Origin: Chromera velia
Lineage: Eukaryota
Assembly: GCA_018398765.1 (NCBI GenBank)
Contig: JAHBMJ010000227.1
Coordinates: 1 to 53,121 of the forward strand
Direction of reading: 5' to 3'
DNA length: 53,121 nucleotides
How positions within the stretch are numbered: position 1 is the first letter of the stretch; the number at the start of each line of letters is the position of its first letter. This document shows positions 49,805 through 53,121 of this stretch, piece by piece. A model generated the notes under the pieces. It was not told where the DNA came from and searched no databases. It was given only the letters and a program-made list of their open reading frames with translations. A program made the translations under genes and the position numbers.

Positions 49805-50338
49805 CGCTTGAGCATACCACTGCAGAGTTTGTTTTCCCGTATTTCACTGATCGATTGCTGCGGCCCAGTTGTATTGTCAAGCCGCCCTAGGTTTTTTATG
49901 GTGCTCTGACTTTCTAGCTCCTATCGTACCTATGCATGTCGAACTTCACCGGTGTTTTATACTGGGCGGTGAGCTCTGTGATGATAATATGCCCTGCAAT
50001 GCATGTCAGTCAGCTCATCTACGATTGTCGAATACCCTGTAGCAGCGATGTAGCACTATGTTTCCATCGTCGACGACATGCAGTTGTTTGTCCCCTTTTC
50101 TACTTCACATCATATGGTACTTGGATCCCCAGTTGTAGACTGCAACACACAATAAAAATTGAGAACTTGGTGTTGTCGTGACGCACCATACAACAGGAAC
50201 CTTCAGTAACTTCAGTCTGAGAAGATATATCTCGCAAGTCTTCTTGCAATCGCTCTTTTCCCTTTCCTTCTTAAGACGGAGACCTCTTTTGAATTCCCTT
50301 CCATTCCCTTTCTTCCCCTTCCTTTTGGTTCCTGCAAG

Positions 50339-50824
50339 ATGTCCAAGGTACATACGAATGCTGCGATTAACGAGGGTGGCAAAAAGGGAGAGGTGCTCTC
50401 TTGTATCAACAACGCACATGGAATTGCTTTTTTTACTCTGAGACTCTCTATAGAGACCCCTGACGGCAACATGGAGCTCCTTAATTGAGAAGGTCATGGA
50501 AGGTGCCCATAAGGAGATCGATGAAGCCGCCGAGGAGCGTACGGGGGGCGCTGGTCGCATTACCAAAGCTTTCCTCTCTGCTGGATCCTGATCGCTCGCG
50601 ATCCTGATCGATGTCCCTCCTAAGCAGATGGAGAAGGTCAACAAAGCTGAGTCGATGGATCGTATACTCTGGGTTCTCGATGCTAGTGAGGTGATAGGGT
50701 CTGACGACCGTCAGATCAAGGCTCTCATGAAGAAGTCTGAGGATGTCCCTGTGAAAGATCAACTCGAGACTGCGATCAATGCTTCCTTCGTCTACCTCCG
50801 AATGAAGAAACTCGATGGTACTGG
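50339..50824 (+). pseudogene. Disrupted copy of a conserved protist hypothetical protein (EGGKKG...EERxGGAG family)
   Basis: ATG 50339 reads MSKVHTNAAINEGGKKGEVLSCINNAHGIAFFTLRLSIETPDGNMELL; +1 frameshift at ~50483 gives IEKVMEGAHKEIDEAAEERTGGAGRITKAFLSAGS, in-frame TGA 50589-50591, then SLAILIDVPP...ETAINASFVYLRMKKL; donor G|GTAAGT at 50825. Family recognised from memory. Confidence 0.7.
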
Positions 50825-51441
50825 TAAGTGTGCTTGCTCTGGCTACGTGCCCTTTATTTCCTTCAGGTTTTGGGAGCATGGCTCGTTGAGTGACTGTCTG
50901 TCCTGGCATGCGGAGGCAGCCGGGACACTTCTCCGGAGACGGTCTGCATATATTGCATATGTGGAATAGGCAGCTGTGCTTTCATTAAATTTCTGTTCTC
51001 GTATCTCTCTCCCCTCTTGATCCTTTTGGATTGACTTCCTGTCTGTCTAAAGCATGTGTCTCTCTTGCTGGACTTTTCTTCTGTGCCTTTAATGCAGCAG
51101 TTGAGTCGCGCTCGAATTCCACCCCCCCCCCGGTCAGCGTGCAAGGCAGTGATTCTTCCAACAGACAACGTGAACGGACGTAGGGGCCCTTTTATTGATG
51201 GTCTTTGCTTATCAACCCGCAAGCCTTCAATTTTGTTGAGTGAAGGGCAGGAGACGAAAGAGGACCAATTCGCAAGTAGCTTCATCAGAATAATGCATAT
51301 ACAGAACGACCACGTGAAGTGCGGTGTGCATGTTAGAAAAGTGAACAGCAAGTGAACGTATCCTAGGAACGTGTCAGAAAATTCTCTTTTGAATGGTATC
51401 GATCGGCATGCAGATCTCGAAATGATGTTCAAAATTATACA

Positions 51442-52854
51442 GATGTTCCTCGATCGGCGACAAAGAACTCGAAGAAGAACGACTCTAAGACTGAGTCAGT
51501 AAGTAACTTTGCTGTCTATGATTGCTTTTTCTTAATCGTCTCTTGGCATACACCACTGACTAATACTTGCATGAACTTCCCTGCCCATGAGTTGATTCTG
51601 TCCTGTTGCTGATTATGAGTCTCTGAAATGAATTTTTGACGCTGCTGCCCCACTTCGTTGAGAGTAAAAGCTGCCGAGCGCCCTTGTCAGCATCAGTCAG
51701 CATCCCTGCATGCCTTCTGTTTTATATCTCTGCTTCTCTGACTCCTTCCCACCCCTACTTCTATCTGAATGCTTGTCTGCTTTCCTCATTCCTTGCCTCC
51801 CTAGCTTCTTTGCCCCTTGTATATTTGTTTGTCTCCCTTCTCATTCATGCTCCTCTTCCTCTCGATTCGTTTCTGCCGGCCTGAGTATCTCCGTGCCCGC
51901 CCCGGATTTTCACTCCTAGCCTGTCTCTCTTTCCTAGCTCTCTGCCAGACGTCCTTCCCTTTTACTGACAGTGTGAGTTCCTTCTTTTTATCTGTTGCAG
52001 CAACAGCAAAGAGCCTGGGCCCAGGACTGGGCTCTCAAACAGCCACAGCACAGACAGACATTCCGGGAAATGACGGATTCTTGATGAAGGCTCTCTATCA
52101 CGGGGTCAGACTGCCGCAGTACGAGTACAGACAGCCTCGGGAGGATGAAGATCGCGTGTAAGTTTAACTCAGTTGTTCACATTTTGTCTGTTGGTCAATC
52201 CGATGCACTTTCTTTTACTGTTTCTGCTCCGTTGTGTTCAGTTGATCCTGGAGGACTTCATTCGTTTTGAAACCAACCGCATTCATCAAATTACGTCGAT
52301 CGAATCGACTAAGTGGGTAAGTGAGTGCCTTTTTACCTACTGCGATTTATCAAAGACGGTCGCTTCTCAACTGTTTTCTTGTTTTTGAATGCATGTGGAG
52401 CTGAAACACGTGGAAGAAAGGAATCTAACAGAAAAGGAAGACAAATTCAAATGCAAAGCTGCGACGGAACATGGGGAAGACATGTAGAAATGCAAAAGTA
52501 CCATAAAGAAAAGATGAAAAGACAGAAGCTTGAAGGAAACAGGGGACCGCATCTGCGGACTAAAAAGGAATGCATGCAGGGGAGAAGACTGACAGTGTCC
52601 CGAACAAACATAAACACGCATCATTATATGGTCACCTGTTTCTTTGTTTTGTGCTTCTGTCTGCCATCCCGTGCAGGGACTACAACTATGACAACCTAGA
52701 CGACTACGATGGCAGCGACAAGCCTGAAATGGGGGACGACTACGATGGCAGCGACAAGTTTGAAATGGGGGACGACTACGACGGCCTAGGGGGAGGCACT
52801 TCAGCCGGTTACACCATGGTTACTGACCCTACACCCCCTCCTTACAACGTGTAA
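51442..52854 (+). CDS. Probable downstream exons (~51442-51498, ~52001-52156, ~52242-52316, ~52677-52854) ending in a 36-bp DDYDGSDKxEMG repeat
   Basis: CAG acceptors and GTAAGT donors bracket open segments; phases not fully reconciled with the upstream pseudogene. Confidence 0.4.
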
Positions 52855-53121
52855 CATGTAACCATCAGTCAAAAGTGGTGCCAATCGATTAGTTGAGTTT
52901 GGTTACTTACAAAACTGGCTTCAAGATTGTTAAACAATTCAGGTTATGGTCAAAAATGATGAAAAATGATGTGTCACACTCACTTTGCCCCCAAATCCCC
53001 CATAACCGGGTAACCCGTAACCTTTTTTGACCCCCCTCAAAAATGAAGTAACCTCCTTCAAAAAACATTCAAACGTGTTCTAAACATCATTTTGAATGCT
53101 TTTAAAAGTTGAAAATTTGGT

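Noticed and set aside
50589..50591. In-frame TGA as selenocysteine or recoding
   Set aside because: Accompanied by a frameshift ~100 bp upstream and no Cys-like context; a nonsense mutation is simpler.

Overview
Eukaryotic nuclear DNA: GT-AG introns, long intronic microsatellites, one 51-N scaffold gap. The style (RNI-like LRR family, TGCATGCA octamers, TTTC/TG intron tracts) suggests an alveolate, probably a chromerid such as Chromera velia; this is an inference, not a database result. Genes: a BTB/POZ protein, an importin-alpha with a frameshift in its IBB domain, a head-to-head pair of coiled-coil + degenerate Ras-like GTPase paralogues, two multi-exon low-complexity genes, an intronless PARP-family ADP-ribosyltransferase with a NUMOD1-like N-terminus, a gluconokinase-like P-loop kinase, an 8-exon LRR gene with a late frameshift, and a disrupted copy of a conserved protist protein. 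Also present: TIR elements/MITEs, a long foldback, a 3 x 1.25-kb tandem duplication and several minisatellites. Two window-scale signals stand out. (1) Genes sit in divergent pairs separated at convergent junctions by AT/TpA-rich islands of transposon debris. (2) The repeat copies I compared differ almost only by C:G>T:A transitions, many at CpA/TpG as well as CpG, resembling fungal RIP. All gene models and alignments were made by eye.
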